Below the pieces are notes generated by a model. It was given only the letters and a program-made list of their open reading frames with translations. It ran no database searches and had not been told where the DNA came from. From positions 32,001-96,000 of the forward strand of contig JBDRTG010000043.1 of assembly GCA_043824255.1 (NCBI GenBank): 64,000 nt of DNA, given 5' to 3'. Numbering within the stretch: position 1 is the first letter of the stretch; the number at the start of each line of letters is the position of its first letter. Positions 29,538 to 39,276 of the stretch are shown here, one piece after another. The stretch is from a bacterium (GTDB lineage Bacteria > JAHJDO01). The position numbers and the translations under genes are program-made.

Positions 29538-32500
29538 ATGAGAAAGAAGATGTTTGTTGGGTTGGTTGTTTTTTTGGCTGTTTGTAGTTATTTAAGTTCA
29601 GTTCAGGCAGAGAATCTTATCATAAACAGCAGTTTCGAGGAGATATCAGAAAAGACCGGTTTGCCAGTTGGGTGGAATTTTTCTCCTCCAAAAAGTGATG
29701 CTGGACAGGTGGATAACACTACATCGGTGGATGGTAAGTATTCGGTCAAGATTACTGTTCCTCCAGATGCGCTGGGAGTATATCTGTTTCATCAACGTAA
29801 TCCTAAGATTTCCATTCCTGCCGGCACCCGTATAAAATTATCCGGCTGGAGTAAGGTGGACAATTACATAAAGGGCAAATGGCAGGAAGATAAATTTCCA
29901 CGTCATGCAATTGCGCTAGCTATCCAACTTGCCGATGGTTCCAGAAAGTATCCCGAAGTCTCCTTTTCCTCTTCTGAGGAATGGGAATATAAAGAGCAGT
30001 TTTACACGTTTGATAAGGAAGTTACTGCTATCAGTTATATCTACCTGTGCGACTACTATAGCTCAGGCACAGTCTGGTACGATGATATCTATTTTGGTCC
30101 CGTAGAAGAAGCAGAAGAGGACAAACACCCTTTAGTAAGGATACCTAAAACTAATTTAGCTCCAATTCTTGATGGAAATCTTGATGATACCTGTTGGCAG
30201 GAAGCAGCAGTCCTCTCTGGCTTTACTCTTTTAGGGGAAAAAAGTTTTCCCTCTAATAAAACCTTGACCTATCTGACCTATGATGACAAGAATCTCTATA
30301 TTGCCACTCGTTGTTATGAGAAGATACTTGATCCTGTGCAGCAGCAGCTATACAAGTTTAAAGCCAATGTAAAAGAGAGAGATGGCTCAGTCTTTAGCGA
30401 TGACTGTGTGGAACTGTTTATCTCATCAAGCGAAAGGCAAGGATATTCCCATCTTGCCTTTAATTCCCTGGCAACACAATATGATGGTTTTAAATTTGAT
30501 AAAACATGGAATGGGCAGTGGAAGGTGGCAACTTCTGTTGGGGGAGATTCATGGAAAGCAGAGGTTTCTATTCCTTTTTCAGAAATAGGTATCAAACCAG
30601 AAGATGGCAGTAAATTTAGATTAAATGTATGTCGTGAGGAAAAACCATTTTCTGAGAATAGCAGCTGGTCACCAATAAAAGCAGGATTTCATGAGCCGGA
30701 TAGTTTTGGGATGGGGGTGCTGTATTCAAAAAGTCTTCAAATTGTTCCCCAAGACTTCCCAAAAGCAACTATAGGTCTTGGCAAACAATCTATTACCTTT
30801 AAGGTCAATAATCCGCACTTATCCTTAAATCTTAAGCTAAATGCCAATATTTACAAAAAAGAAAAAGTCATCCTCTTTTCCCAATCATATGACATTCCTG
30901 CCCAGACTACTTATCCCATTGAGTTTCCCGTTGTGCTAAAGGAACCAGGCACATATCAAATCTCTTTCTCGCTTTTCGATAAGGCAAAAGGAGTTCTGCT
31001 CTATCGAAGTCCTGAATATTCTGTTTCCAGTGATATGCTTTTAAAAGCTTCTTCCCAAATCTCATTTCCTGGTGAAGTTGAATTCTGGGTAAATGAAAAT
31101 CGTATTTTAGAAAAAGAATTCTATCTAAAGAAGGGTATTAACGTCCTCTGTTATAAGGCTAAGAAGAAAGATTTATCCGATAAGGGTATTAAAGGACTGA
31201 CAAAGGTTCAGGAGAGTTCCTTTTCTCCAGGGGAAGAAATAAAACTTGATAATTGTTGGAAGGTTTCAGCAATAACAGAACCTGATTGGCAGAAGGATGA
31301 TTTTGATGATCGGAAATGGGACTATGCTGTCATCCAGGAAGATGGTTCAATATGGGCTTCAGATACGTCTAAGAGTGAAATATTTTTAAGGCGGATAATT
31401 CTAGCAAAAGAGAGCAATTTCTGGCCAATAAATATAGAAAATGGATTATATATTGCCAAGGGAACAGCACAGCATCTTCCTCTAGTAGTTACCAGCCCGA
31501 TGAAATATAAAATGAAAGATTTAAGTTTCAGCATTCAAACGCCCGTAGAGATTGAACTAATTCCTGGGAATAAAGCAGAAATTAAAGGAGGAAAATATTA
31601 CGAGTATTTCAAACGTGTTGGGCTTGAAGATATTGAGAAGAAAGAGATTACTAAAAATAAAAAGAACTATAATCTTTATACCTTTCGCTTCAAAGATACC
31701 CCCCCATTTACTGGCACAGGTTACGAAGTAAGGAAACATTTATTTGGTTTAATTTTAAACTTGTCCGATAAAGTTTCTTCAGATAATTCTAATATCTATT
31801 TTCGTTTTCAAGGGCAGGAAGATAATAAAAACATTACTGAGGTCTGGAATAAAATTCCTGTATATTATTTGCCTCCACTTTTGAATAAAAGGCCCAAAGA
31901 ATTAGAGATTCAACTCTGGTATGCATTCGTTACAAGCTTCCATAAGACTGGAATTCAGGAATTGTTCAAAACCTGGCATCAGGCAGGATTTAATACTTAC
32001 TGCGACAGGGAACGCCATTATGCAAATAATGATTGGTTTGATGTCCTTTCGGAAAATAGATTGTTTAAAATAGTTTCGGAATATCAATTCAAAAATACAC
32101 TTCCTCCTCTTGCTAGAAAATGTCCAGAAATGAGATCAATAAATTTTGAAGGTAAAACGTGTAGTGCTCTTCCCATTTCTCCAGCTTTTCTGATAGAAGA
32201 AGGGAGGCAAGAGTTTAAAGACCTTGTCGCTAAATATGTGAAAGAAACTGGAGTTGAGGCCATTCAATGGGATTTAGAATTTGATCCCTTTGGAGGAGAT
32301 GTTTCTTCCCACAGCCTTAAAAAATTCGTCAAGTTCGCTCATTTAAGCAGCGTACCGACAGAGAAGGAAATAAAGGAGAAATATCGTGATGAATGGATTG
32401 ACTTCCAGTGCTGGATACTGGCAGAAGTGGTAAAAGTAGCCCGAGAAGGAGTAAAGGCAGCCAATCCGGAAGCCCAGATGCAGATTTATAGTGCCTATCA

Positions 32501-33098
32501 GAGTAAGAGAAATAAAGCGCATTACTCCATTGACTGGAATTATATGAGAGACGCAGTAGATGTAGCAATAGCTGGTTATGGAAGACACCCTATGGAAGAA
32601 ACTTTAAATGCTTTATCCGGTATCCCGTTTATCGGTGGTGTCCTTTTTTACAATGGAAGTCCTCCTGAAGGATGGAAAAGTCTAAAAACGCGATTCCTAC
32701 GCCGAATCACCGATGGCGCAGAAGGGGTGTTTCTTTGTGATTGGTCTACACTAGATGGACGCGCTTATGAGAAAATTTCTCAGGCCTGTGCTATTCTGGC
32801 TGATTTTGAAGAATTCTTCTTGAAGGATAAAAAAATTGACACTTTCCAGCTAAAAGGTGGTATCCACAGAGATGATGTAGTTGTGCTCTCAAAAGGTAAA
32901 GAAAGGTTACTGTTAGTTTTCAATGAAGGAAGTAAATCCAAAACAGGAACCGTCGTAAATCAGGGCTTAGCTGAAGATATAGTCGCTGTGGAGTATGATA
33001 GTGACAAGCTATACAAAAACTCAAAAAATCTTAAGATTACAGTTCCTCCCAATGATGTTAGAGTTTACCTTTTTACTCCGAAAAAGGTTTCGATGTAG
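29538..33098 (+). CDS. Large secreted protein: CBM4/9-like, CBM9-like and putative glycoside-hydrolase-like domains
   Basis: RBS GGAGGTG before MRKKMF; PILDGNLDD..W, YDDKNLYIA, DDCVELFI; C-terminal AIQWDLE...EWIDFQ region, family not certain. Confidence 0.7.
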   Translation: MRKKMFVGLVVFLAVCSYLSSVQAENLIINSSFEEISEKTGLPVGWNFSPPKSDAGQVDNTTSVDGKYSVKITVPPDALGVYLFHQRNPKISIPAGTRIKLSGWSKVDNYIKGKWQEDKFPRHAIALAIQLADGSRKYPEVSFSSSEEWEYKEQFYTFDKEVTAISYIYLCDYYSSGTVWYDDIYFGPVEEAEEDKHPLVRIPKTNLAPILDGNLDDTCWQEAAVLSGFTLLGEKSFPSNKTLTYLTYDDKNLYIATRCYEKILDPVQQQLYKFKANVKERDGSVFSDDCVELFISSSERQGYSHLAFNSLATQYDGFKFDKTWNGQWKVATSVGGDSWKAEVSIPFSEIGIKPEDGSKFRLNVCREEKPFSENSSWSPIKAGFHEPDSFGMGVLYSKSLQIVPQDFPKATIGLGKQSITFKVNNPHLSLNLKLNANIYKKEKVILFSQSYDIPAQTTYPIEFPVVLKEPGTYQISFSLFDKAKGVLLYRSPEYSVSSDMLLKASSQISFPGEVEFWVNENRILEKEFYLKKGINVLCYKAKKKDLSDKGIKGLTKVQESSFSPGEEIKLDNCWKVSAITEPDWQKDDFDDRKWDYAVIQEDGSIWASDTSKSEIFLRRIILAKESNFWPINIENGLYIAKGTAQHLPLVVTSPMKYKMKDLSFSIQTPVEIELIPGNKAEIKGGKYYEYFKRVGLEDIEKKEITKNKKNYNLYTFRFKDTPPFTGTGYEVRKHLFGLILNLSDKVSSDNSNIYFRFQGQEDNKNITEVWNKIPVYYLPPLLNKRPKELEIQLWYAFVTSFHKTGIQELFKTWHQAGFNTYCDRERHYANNDWFDVLSENRLFKIVSEYQFKNTLPPLARKCPEMRSINFEGKTCSALPISPAFLIEEGRQEFKDLVAKYVKETGVEAIQWDLEFDPFGGDVSSHSLKKFVKFAHLSSVPTEKEIKEKYRDEWIDFQCWILAEVVKVAREGVKAANPEAQMQIYSAYQSKRNKAHYSIDWNYMRDAVDVAIAGYGRHPMEETLNALSGIPFIGGVLFYNGSPPEGWKSLKTRFLRRITDGAEGVFLCDWSTLDGRAYEKISQACAILADFEEFFLKDKKIDTFQLKGGIHRDDVVVLSKGKERLLLVFNEGSKSKTGTVVNQGLAEDIVAVEYDSDKLYKNSKNLKITVPPNDVRVYLFTPKKVSM

Positions 33099-33156
33099 TT
33101 CGGAAGTTAGCCCTTTGGTAAGAATAGGACATTTCTACTTTGGTTTGACAGTAATG

Positions 33157-33185
33157 TTTACAACAATCTAATTTTATAATACTAT
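33157..33185 (+). promoter_or_regulatory. Promoter of the GH4 operon, homologous to 22079-22107
   Basis: TTTACA-N17-TACTAT; 25 of 29 nt identical to 22079-22107. Confidence 0.6.
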
Positions 33186-33227
33186 AGAAGTAAACAATAA
33201 CATAACTATACTATCGGAGGAAAAATC

Positions 33228-34550
33228 ATGGCAAGAATAGTTTTTATTGGAGCTGGAAGTTTCGGATTTACGCGTAGCTTGGTAAAGGATGTTTTAACAT
33301 TCCCTCTTCTTAAGAATTCAACATTGGTTCTGATGGACATTAATAAGGAACGTCTGGAATTTTCCAGAGCGTCTGTTCAGCGCATAGTAGATGCAGGAAA
33401 GTATCCGGCGAAGGTCGTAACAACCATGGACAGAAAGAAAGCCTTAAAAGGCGCAGATGCCGTGCTCTGTACAATTCTGGCTGGTGGTGTAGATGTATGG
33501 AGACATGACATTGAAATCCCTAAAAAATATGGAGTGAATATAAATATAGGGGATACACGCGGTCCATCCGGTATTTTCAGAGCAGCCCGCACAATTCCGA
33601 CTATGCTTGATATTTGTAAAGATATGGAGCGTCTCTGTCCTGATGCAATCTTACTTAACTACACAAATCCCATGGCAATGCTATGCAGAGCCATGCAAGC
33701 CAATACATTTATCAAGGTTACAGGATTATGTCATAGCGTTCAGGGAACAGCCCGGATGCTGGCAAAGTGGATAAATGTCCCTATGGAAAAAATCACCTAT
33801 CTTTGTGGGGGAATAAACCATCAGGCATGGTATCTTGAATTTAAAAAAGACGGAAAAGACGCATATCCTCTTATCCGTAAAGCAATAACAAGAGATAGAA
33901 AGATATATATGGAAGAAATTGTGCGCAATGAAATGTTCCTGCATCTGGATTACTATGTTACAGAATCCAGCGGACATAATTCCGAATATAACTGGTGGTT
34001 TCGCAAAAGACCGGATCTTATCAAGAAGTACTGTACTCACGGTACTGGCTGGAATCCGGGTAGGTACGCATATATAGTAAAGCATTATTTAAAAAGAGAA
34101 AAAAACTGGAAGAATGAGGTTAAAAAGTGGTGGAAGAGACATGTCAAGCTGGAGAGAGGACACGAATATGCTGCATCTATTATCAATGCCTACATGGGCG
34201 GCGAGCCGTTTCAGTTTAACGGCAATGTCCCGAATAATGGAATTATTAGTAATCTGCCACCTGAGGCATGTGTGGAAGTACCCGTTTTTGCAGACAGAAG
34301 AGGTTTTAACACTGTGTATGTTGGCAAGCTGCCTCCACAGCTTGCTGCTTTGAATAATATAAGTATTGCTGTTGAAGAAATGGCTGTCGAGGCAATACTT
34401 ACAGGAGACCCGAAACTGCTATTTCAGGCTATTGCATATGATCCGCTCACTGCCTCTGTTCTTTCCCTTGCAGAAATTAAAAAGATGGTAAGCGAGATGC
34501 TGCGTAAGAATAAAGAATACTTACCTCGATTTAAACATATTGGAATTTAA
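33228..34550 (+). CDS. melA: Alpha-galactosidase (GH4, NAD+-dependent)
   Basis: [45 protein letters not shown]. Confidence 0.9.
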   Translation: MARIVFIGAGSFGFTRSLVKDVLTFPLLKNSTLVLMDINKERLEFSRASVQRIVDAGKYPAKVVTTMDRKKALKGADAVLCTILAGGVDVWRHDIEIPKKYGVNINIGDTRGPSGIFRAARTIPTMLDICKDMERLCPDAILLNYTNPMAMLCRAMQANTFIKVTGLCHSVQGTARMLAKWINVPMEKITYLCGGINHQAWYLEFKKDGKDAYPLIRKAITRDRKIYMEEIVRNEMFLHLDYYVTESSGHNSEYNWWFRKRPDLIKKYCTHGTGWNPGRYAYIVKHYLKREKNWKNEVKKWWKRHVKLERGHEYAASIINAYMGGEPFQFNGNVPNNGIISNLPPEACVEVPVFADRRGFNTVYVGKLPPQLAALNNISIAVEEMAVEAILTGDPKLLFQAIAYDPLTASVLSLAEIKKMVSEMLRKNKEYLPRFKHIGI

Positions 34551-34576
34551 TGAGCTAATAATGCAGGAGAAGTAAT

Positions 34577-35644
34577 TTGAATAAAAACTGGGAGGAAATA
34601 AAAAAATACTATATAGCTTGGTGGGAGTATGGAGTTCTGGATAAAATAGCTCTTATGGTGACAGCTCCACGCAAAGGTGCTCAGCGGGGTGAAACACCTA
34701 TCGGGGCAACAAAGGACAGGTTTAATAAGGGAAAGGTTCTTAATATTGAAGAGAGAAATATTAAGAATACCTTTTACGGCGGTATGGCCTTTCCTCAATA
34801 TTGGCCGAACTTCGGGCCTGATGTCTTTTCCGCTTATATGGGTGCAACCATAGAATTTTCTCCGCTTGGTGACTATCCTGTCTCTTGGGTAGACTGGAAA
34901 AAACCAGTTCTCAAGGATTATTCTGACTTATCTGATCTTGAGATCAAAGAAGATAATTTCTACTGGCAAAAAACCAAAGAGTTCACATCATACGCTCTGG
35001 AGCGCTCTAAGGGGAACTATTTTGTCGGCATAACGGATATTCATCCTAATATGGACGCATTAGCGGTTTTAAGAGGGGGGCCTGAGACATTATGTATAGA
35101 TATGATTGACAATCCTGACGGAGTAAAAGAAGCAATGAAATTACTTTGGAGAGCATGGCATAAAATCTATGAAGAAACCTATCAGATCGTAAAAAAACAG
35201 GAAGGAACCTGTGGGTGGATAAATCTCTGGTCTCCAGGAAAAACATATCCGGTTCAGAATGATTTTACATGCCTCATCTCTACTAAAATGTATGAAGAAT
35301 TTTTTCTACAAGAGATACTCAATGAAATCAATTATCTGGATCATTCTATTTATCATCTTGACGGGCCAGACGCTCTAAAACATCTCGATATGCTTCTTGA
35401 AATTCCTCGTCTTAATGCAATTCAATGGGTTTGTGGTGCCGGGCTTAGGAAAGAAGGCATTGCAAAGTGGATACCAATTTATAAAAAGATTCAGGCAAAG
35501 AAAAAGGCAATTATTGTTTACTGCGAGTCAGATGAGATTAACTTTGTCCTGAACAATCTTTCCCCTAGAGGGCTACTGATTTGCACTAGATGCTCATCTC
35601 AACAAGAAGCTGAAGAGCTGCTTCAGCATTATGGCTGGAACTAA
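34577..35644 (+). CDS. UROD/MetE-like (MtaA/CmuA-related) barrel protein
   Basis: PNFGPD, DALAVLRGG..LC.DMIDNPD, QNDF..IS..MYEEF, YHLDG, IQWV.GAG; TTG start. Confidence 0.7.
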   Translation: MNKNWEEIKKYYIAWWEYGVLDKIALMVTAPRKGAQRGETPIGATKDRFNKGKVLNIEERNIKNTFYGGMAFPQYWPNFGPDVFSAYMGATIEFSPLGDYPVSWVDWKKPVLKDYSDLSDLEIKEDNFYWQKTKEFTSYALERSKGNYFVGITDIHPNMDALAVLRGGPETLCIDMIDNPDGVKEAMKLLWRAWHKIYEETYQIVKKQEGTCGWINLWSPGKTYPVQNDFTCLISTKMYEEFFLQEILNEINYLDHSIYHLDGPDALKHLDMLLEIPRLNAIQWVCGAGLRKEGIAKWIPIYKKIQAKKKAIIVYCESDEINFVLNNLSPRGLLICTRCSSQQEAEELLQHYGWN

Positions 35645-35647
35645 CAA

Positions 35648-37327
35648 ATGATAAATAAATTTACAATAGGTATTGATTATGGAACAAATTCTGTCCGTGC
35701 CATACTAATAAATACAGCTAATGGCAGAAATACTGCATCGGCAGTTTTTAATTACAGGAGAGGAGAAAATGGTATTCTGCTGGATAAGGCAGATGCGAAT
35801 GTTGCAAGGCAAAGTCCCCTGGACTACATAGAAGGGTTTGAATATGTGGTTGCAAAGCTTCTCAAACAAGCAAAAAAAATTAAGAATTTCTCTCAAGATA
35901 AGATTATAGGAATAGGAATAGACACTACAGGTTCTACCCCTATACCCGTTACAAAAGAACTTGTTCCTCTGGCACTGGTTCCAGAATTCAAGAATAATCT
36001 AAACGCTCAGGCATGGCTCTGGAAGGATCATTCATCCATGGAAGAGGCTCAGAAAATAACTAAGATAGCAGAATGTATAAGACCCCAATATCTCAGAAAA
36101 TGCGGTGGTACATATTCCTCTGAATGGTTCTTTTCAAAAATATGGCACTGCCTGAATATCGACAAGAAAGTGTTTGATGCTGCTTATTCGTGGGTGGAGC
36201 TTGCTGACTTTATGCCTGCATATATCTGTGGAATCACAGATGTAACTAAAATTAAAAGATGCATATGTGCCGCAGGTCATAAAGCAATGTATAGTGACCA
36301 GTGGCAGGGGTTGCCTGATAAAGAATTTCTCTCAAAGCTTAATCCTCAAATGACAGATTTACGCGCAAGACTATATGAGAAAGCGTATGCTTCAAACACA
36401 AAAGCGGGGGATTTATCTAAGGAATACAAAAAAAAATTCAGGCTTCCTAGTAGAATTCCTGTTGCAGTAGGCGCATTTGACGCACATATGGGAGCAGTCG
36501 GCGCAGGTATTGGTAAAGATATTCTTGTCAAAATAATAGGAACCTCATCATGTGATATAATGGTCTCACATAAGGGCCAGAGAATAGATGATATTCCGGG
36601 TGTGTGTGGGATTGTTGATGGGTCAGTGCTGCCAAATTGCCTGGGCATAGAAGCTGGCCAATCTGCTGTTGGAGATATTCTGAACTGGTTTGTGACCAAG
36701 GTATGTGAAGAAAATTCAAAATACCATGATAAATTAACCAGACAAGGTTCTCGAGCGAAACCAGGACAAACCGGGCTTCTGGCACTTGACTGGAACAATG
36801 GCAATAGGACAATACTTATTGATGCAGAACTTACAGGACTACTTATAGGTCAGACTCTTCAAACCACACGATGGGAAACATACAGAGCTCTTATAGAGGC
36901 TACTGCTTTTGGTGCTCTAAAAATTATTGAGAGAATAGAAGAATATGGAGTCAGGATTTCAAAAGTAATTAACTGCGGAGGCATAGCGACAAAAAACCCA
37001 ATGTTTATGCAGATATATGCGGATGTAATTGGGAAGCCGATGTTAATAGCAAAGTCTCAGGAGACCTGTGCGCTTGGTGCTGCAATATTTGCTGCTGTTG
37101 TTGGAGGAGCCTATTCTGAAGTTAAAAATGCCCAAAAGAATATGTGTAGTACTAAAAAGAAAACGTACTACCCAAATAAGAGAAATCATTTAATCTATAA
37201 GCAGTTATATACACTTTATAAAAATTTGCATGATAGTTTTGGAACAAAAGAATACAAAGAGAATCTATATCATGTTATGAAAGAACTGTTACAAATTAAG
37301 AAAGGAGTTCTTCTTGAAAATGTTTAA
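35648..37327 (+). CDS. araB: Ribulokinase
   Basis: IGIDYGTNSVR, DTTGSTP, LWKDH, YSSEWF, AAGHKA, FDAHMGAVG, LDWNNGNR. Confidence 0.92.
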   Translation: MINKFTIGIDYGTNSVRAILINTANGRNTASAVFNYRRGENGILLDKADANVARQSPLDYIEGFEYVVAKLLKQAKKIKNFSQDKIIGIGIDTTGSTPIPVTKELVPLALVPEFKNNLNAQAWLWKDHSSMEEAQKITKIAECIRPQYLRKCGGTYSSEWFFSKIWHCLNIDKKVFDAAYSWVELADFMPAYICGITDVTKIKRCICAAGHKAMYSDQWQGLPDKEFLSKLNPQMTDLRARLYEKAYASNTKAGDLSKEYKKKFRLPSRIPVAVGAFDAHMGAVGAGIGKDILVKIIGTSSCDIMVSHKGQRIDDIPGVCGIVDGSVLPNCLGIEAGQSAVGDILNWFVTKVCEENSKYHDKLTRQGSRAKPGQTGLLALDWNNGNRTILIDAELTGLLIGQTLQTTRWETYRALIEATAFGALKIIERIEEYGVRISKVINCGGIATKNPMFMQIYADVIGKPMLIAKSQETCALGAAIFAAVVGGAYSEVKNAQKNMCSTKKKTYYPNKRNHLIYKQLYTLYKNLHDSFGTKEYKENLYHVMKELLQIKKGVLLENV

Positions 37328-38012
37328 AGAACTAAAGAAACAGGTTTATCTCGCAAATATGGAGATTTATAAGAGAGGGCTTGCTCTCTATACATGGGGA
37401 AATGTAAGCGCTATTGACAGAGAAAAACAAGTTATTGCTATAAAACCAAGTGGAGTAGCTTATGAAAACTTGAAACCAGAACATATGGTATTAATAGATA
37501 TGAAAGGGAATATTATTGAAGGTAATTATAATCCTTCTTCTGATACAAAAACACATCTGATTCTATATGACAAGTTCCAATCAATCGGTGCTGTTGTGCA
37601 TAATCATTCCTGTTATTCAACAATCTTTGCACAAGCAATGAAAAACATACCTTGTCTTGGCACAACACATGCTGACCAGTTCTATGGTGAAATACCAGTT
37701 ACTGATATAATTTCCGATGAACATATAAAAGAAGATTATGAGACTGAAACTGGCAATTTAATAGTTAAAACATTCTCTGAAAGGAAAATTAATCCTGTAG
37801 AAATATCAGCAGTTCTTGTAGCTTCACATGGCCCATTTATCTGGGGAAAGGACATAGACAGCGCTGTTAAGAATGCAGTAGCCCTGGAAGAGATTGCAAA
37901 AACTGCTCTTTTCACCAAGCTCCTTAATCCGAATATAACACCAATGAAACAAACACTTCTGGACAAACATTATCTGAGAAAACATGGTAAAAATGCGTAT
38001 TATGGACAATGA
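37314..38012 (+). CDS. araD: L-ribulose-5-phosphate 4-epimerase
   Basis: TWGNVS, IKPSGV, PSSDTKTH, GTTHAD, HYLRKHGKNAYYGQ. Confidence 0.95.
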   Translation: MKMFKELKKQVYLANMEIYKRGLALYTWGNVSAIDREKQVIAIKPSGVAYENLKPEHMVLIDMKGNIIEGNYNPSSDTKTHLILYDKFQSIGAVVHNHSCYSTIFAQAMKNIPCLGTTHADQFYGEIPVTDIISDEHIKEDYETETGNLIVKTFSERKINPVEISAVLVASHGPFIWGKDIDSAVKNAVALEEIAKTALFTKLLNPNITPMKQTLLDKHYLRKHGKNAYYGQ

Positions 38013-38034
38013 TAATGCAGCAATACTGCGAAGC

Positions 38035-39168
38035 TTAGCTGCCGAATTTGGATTTAAGCTTCTCCATGAAGCTCTTGCGTCTAGGAGTTAAATTCTCGCC
38101 GCTTATCTCAGCAAACTTTCTGAGAAGTTCTTCCTGCTCATTATTCAGTTTTACTGGTGTTTCTACTATGACTCTAACGAGTTCATCTCCTTTACCATAT
38201 CCGTGTAGACTTGGAACGCCCTGTCCGCGTAAGCGGAACACTTTCCCGGACTGTGTGCCATGGGGAATCTTCATCTTTGCTTTGCCTTTAAGAGTGGGAA
38301 CCTCTATTTCTGCACCTAGCGTTGCCTGTGTTATGCTTACAGGAACTTCACACAGGATATCATCATCATGCCGAGTAAAAAGTTCATCATCCTCTACATG
38401 AATTACTACGTATAGATCTCCCGGGCTTCCACCTCTTGTACCAGCTTCTCCTTCTCCTTTGACCTTTAATTGGGAACCCGTATCAACTCCAGGGGGTATC
38501 TTAACAGTAAGTTCACGAGACTTATTTACTCTTCCAGTGCCTCTGCAGGTCTCGCATGGGTCCGTTATTATCGTACCCTCTCCACCGCATCTATCACATG
38601 TCCTGTTTATACTAAAAAATCCCTGAGAATAACTTACCTGTCCGCTGCCTCCACATTGAAGACAGTTGATGCGTTTTGTTCCTTTTTTGGCGCCGGATCC
38701 ATTACATACCTCACATGTTTGCGGTCTGGAGATACGTATCCTTCTATCTATACCAAATGCAGCTTCCTTTAGAGTAATCTGCAGGTCATATCTAAGATGT
38801 TCTCCTCTGTTATGTCCATCGCTTCTTCCTGCGCCTTGAGAGCCCCTGCCAAAAAATCCTTCAAATATATCCCCAAAATCACTGAATACATCACTGCTGA
38901 ATATGTCTGAGGCGTTTCTGAATCCGCTAAAACCTCCTCCCTCTAACCCGCTGTGACCAAACTGATCATAGGTTGCTCTTTTTTGAGGATCACTCAGTAC
39001 TGCATAAGCTTCAGATGCTTCTTTGAATTTTTCTTCAGACTCTTTATTCCCCTGATTCTTATCTGGATGATATTTATGTGCGAGTTTCCTATAAGCACGC
39101 TTTATCCCATCTATTGCCGCGTGTTTGTCAACACCAAGTATTTCATAATAGTCTCTTTTACCAGCCAC
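38035..39168 (-). CDS. dnaJ: Chaperone DnaJ
   Basis: HPD J-domain and four CxxCxGxG repeats. Confidence 0.97.
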   Translation of the reverse strand: MAGKRDYYEILGVDKHAAIDGIKRAYRKLAHKYHPDKNQGNKESEEKFKEASEAYAVLSDPQKRATYDQFGHSGLEGGGFSGFRNASDIFSSDVFSDFGDIFEGFFGRGSQGAGRSDGHNRGEHLRYDLQITLKEAAFGIDRRIRISRPQTCEVCNGSGAKKGTKRINCLQCGGSGQVSYSQGFFSINRTCDRCGGEGTIITDPCETCRGTGRVNKSRELTVKIPPGVDTGSQLKVKGEGEAGTRGGSPGDLYVVIHVEDDELFTRHDDDILCEVPVSITQATLGAEIEVPTLKGKAKMKIPHGTQSGKVFRLRGQGVPSLHGYGKGDELVRVIVETPVKLNNEQEELLRKFAEISGENLTPRRKSFMEKLKSKFGS

Positions 39169-39185
39169 TACTTATCTCTCAAATT

Positions 39186-39276
39186 TTTAGTATTAAGTTG
39201 TAAGAATTAAGAATTAAGTAAAAAAACATCCACTACAAACTTAATCCTTAGAGCGAAGCGTCTTAATCCTTAATCC
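39186..39276. repeat. Inverted heptamer tandem repeats in the dnaK-dnaJ spacer
   Basis: TAAGAAT-like units at 39186-39218 face TTAATCC units at 39240-39276; includes GAGCGAAGCG. Confidence 0.65.

Noticed and set aside
27867..33098. Diversity-generating retroelement (template and variable repeat pair)
   Set aside because: Differences between repeat copies are not adenine-specific (C/G and T/C changes occur) and there is no reverse transcriptase in the window.
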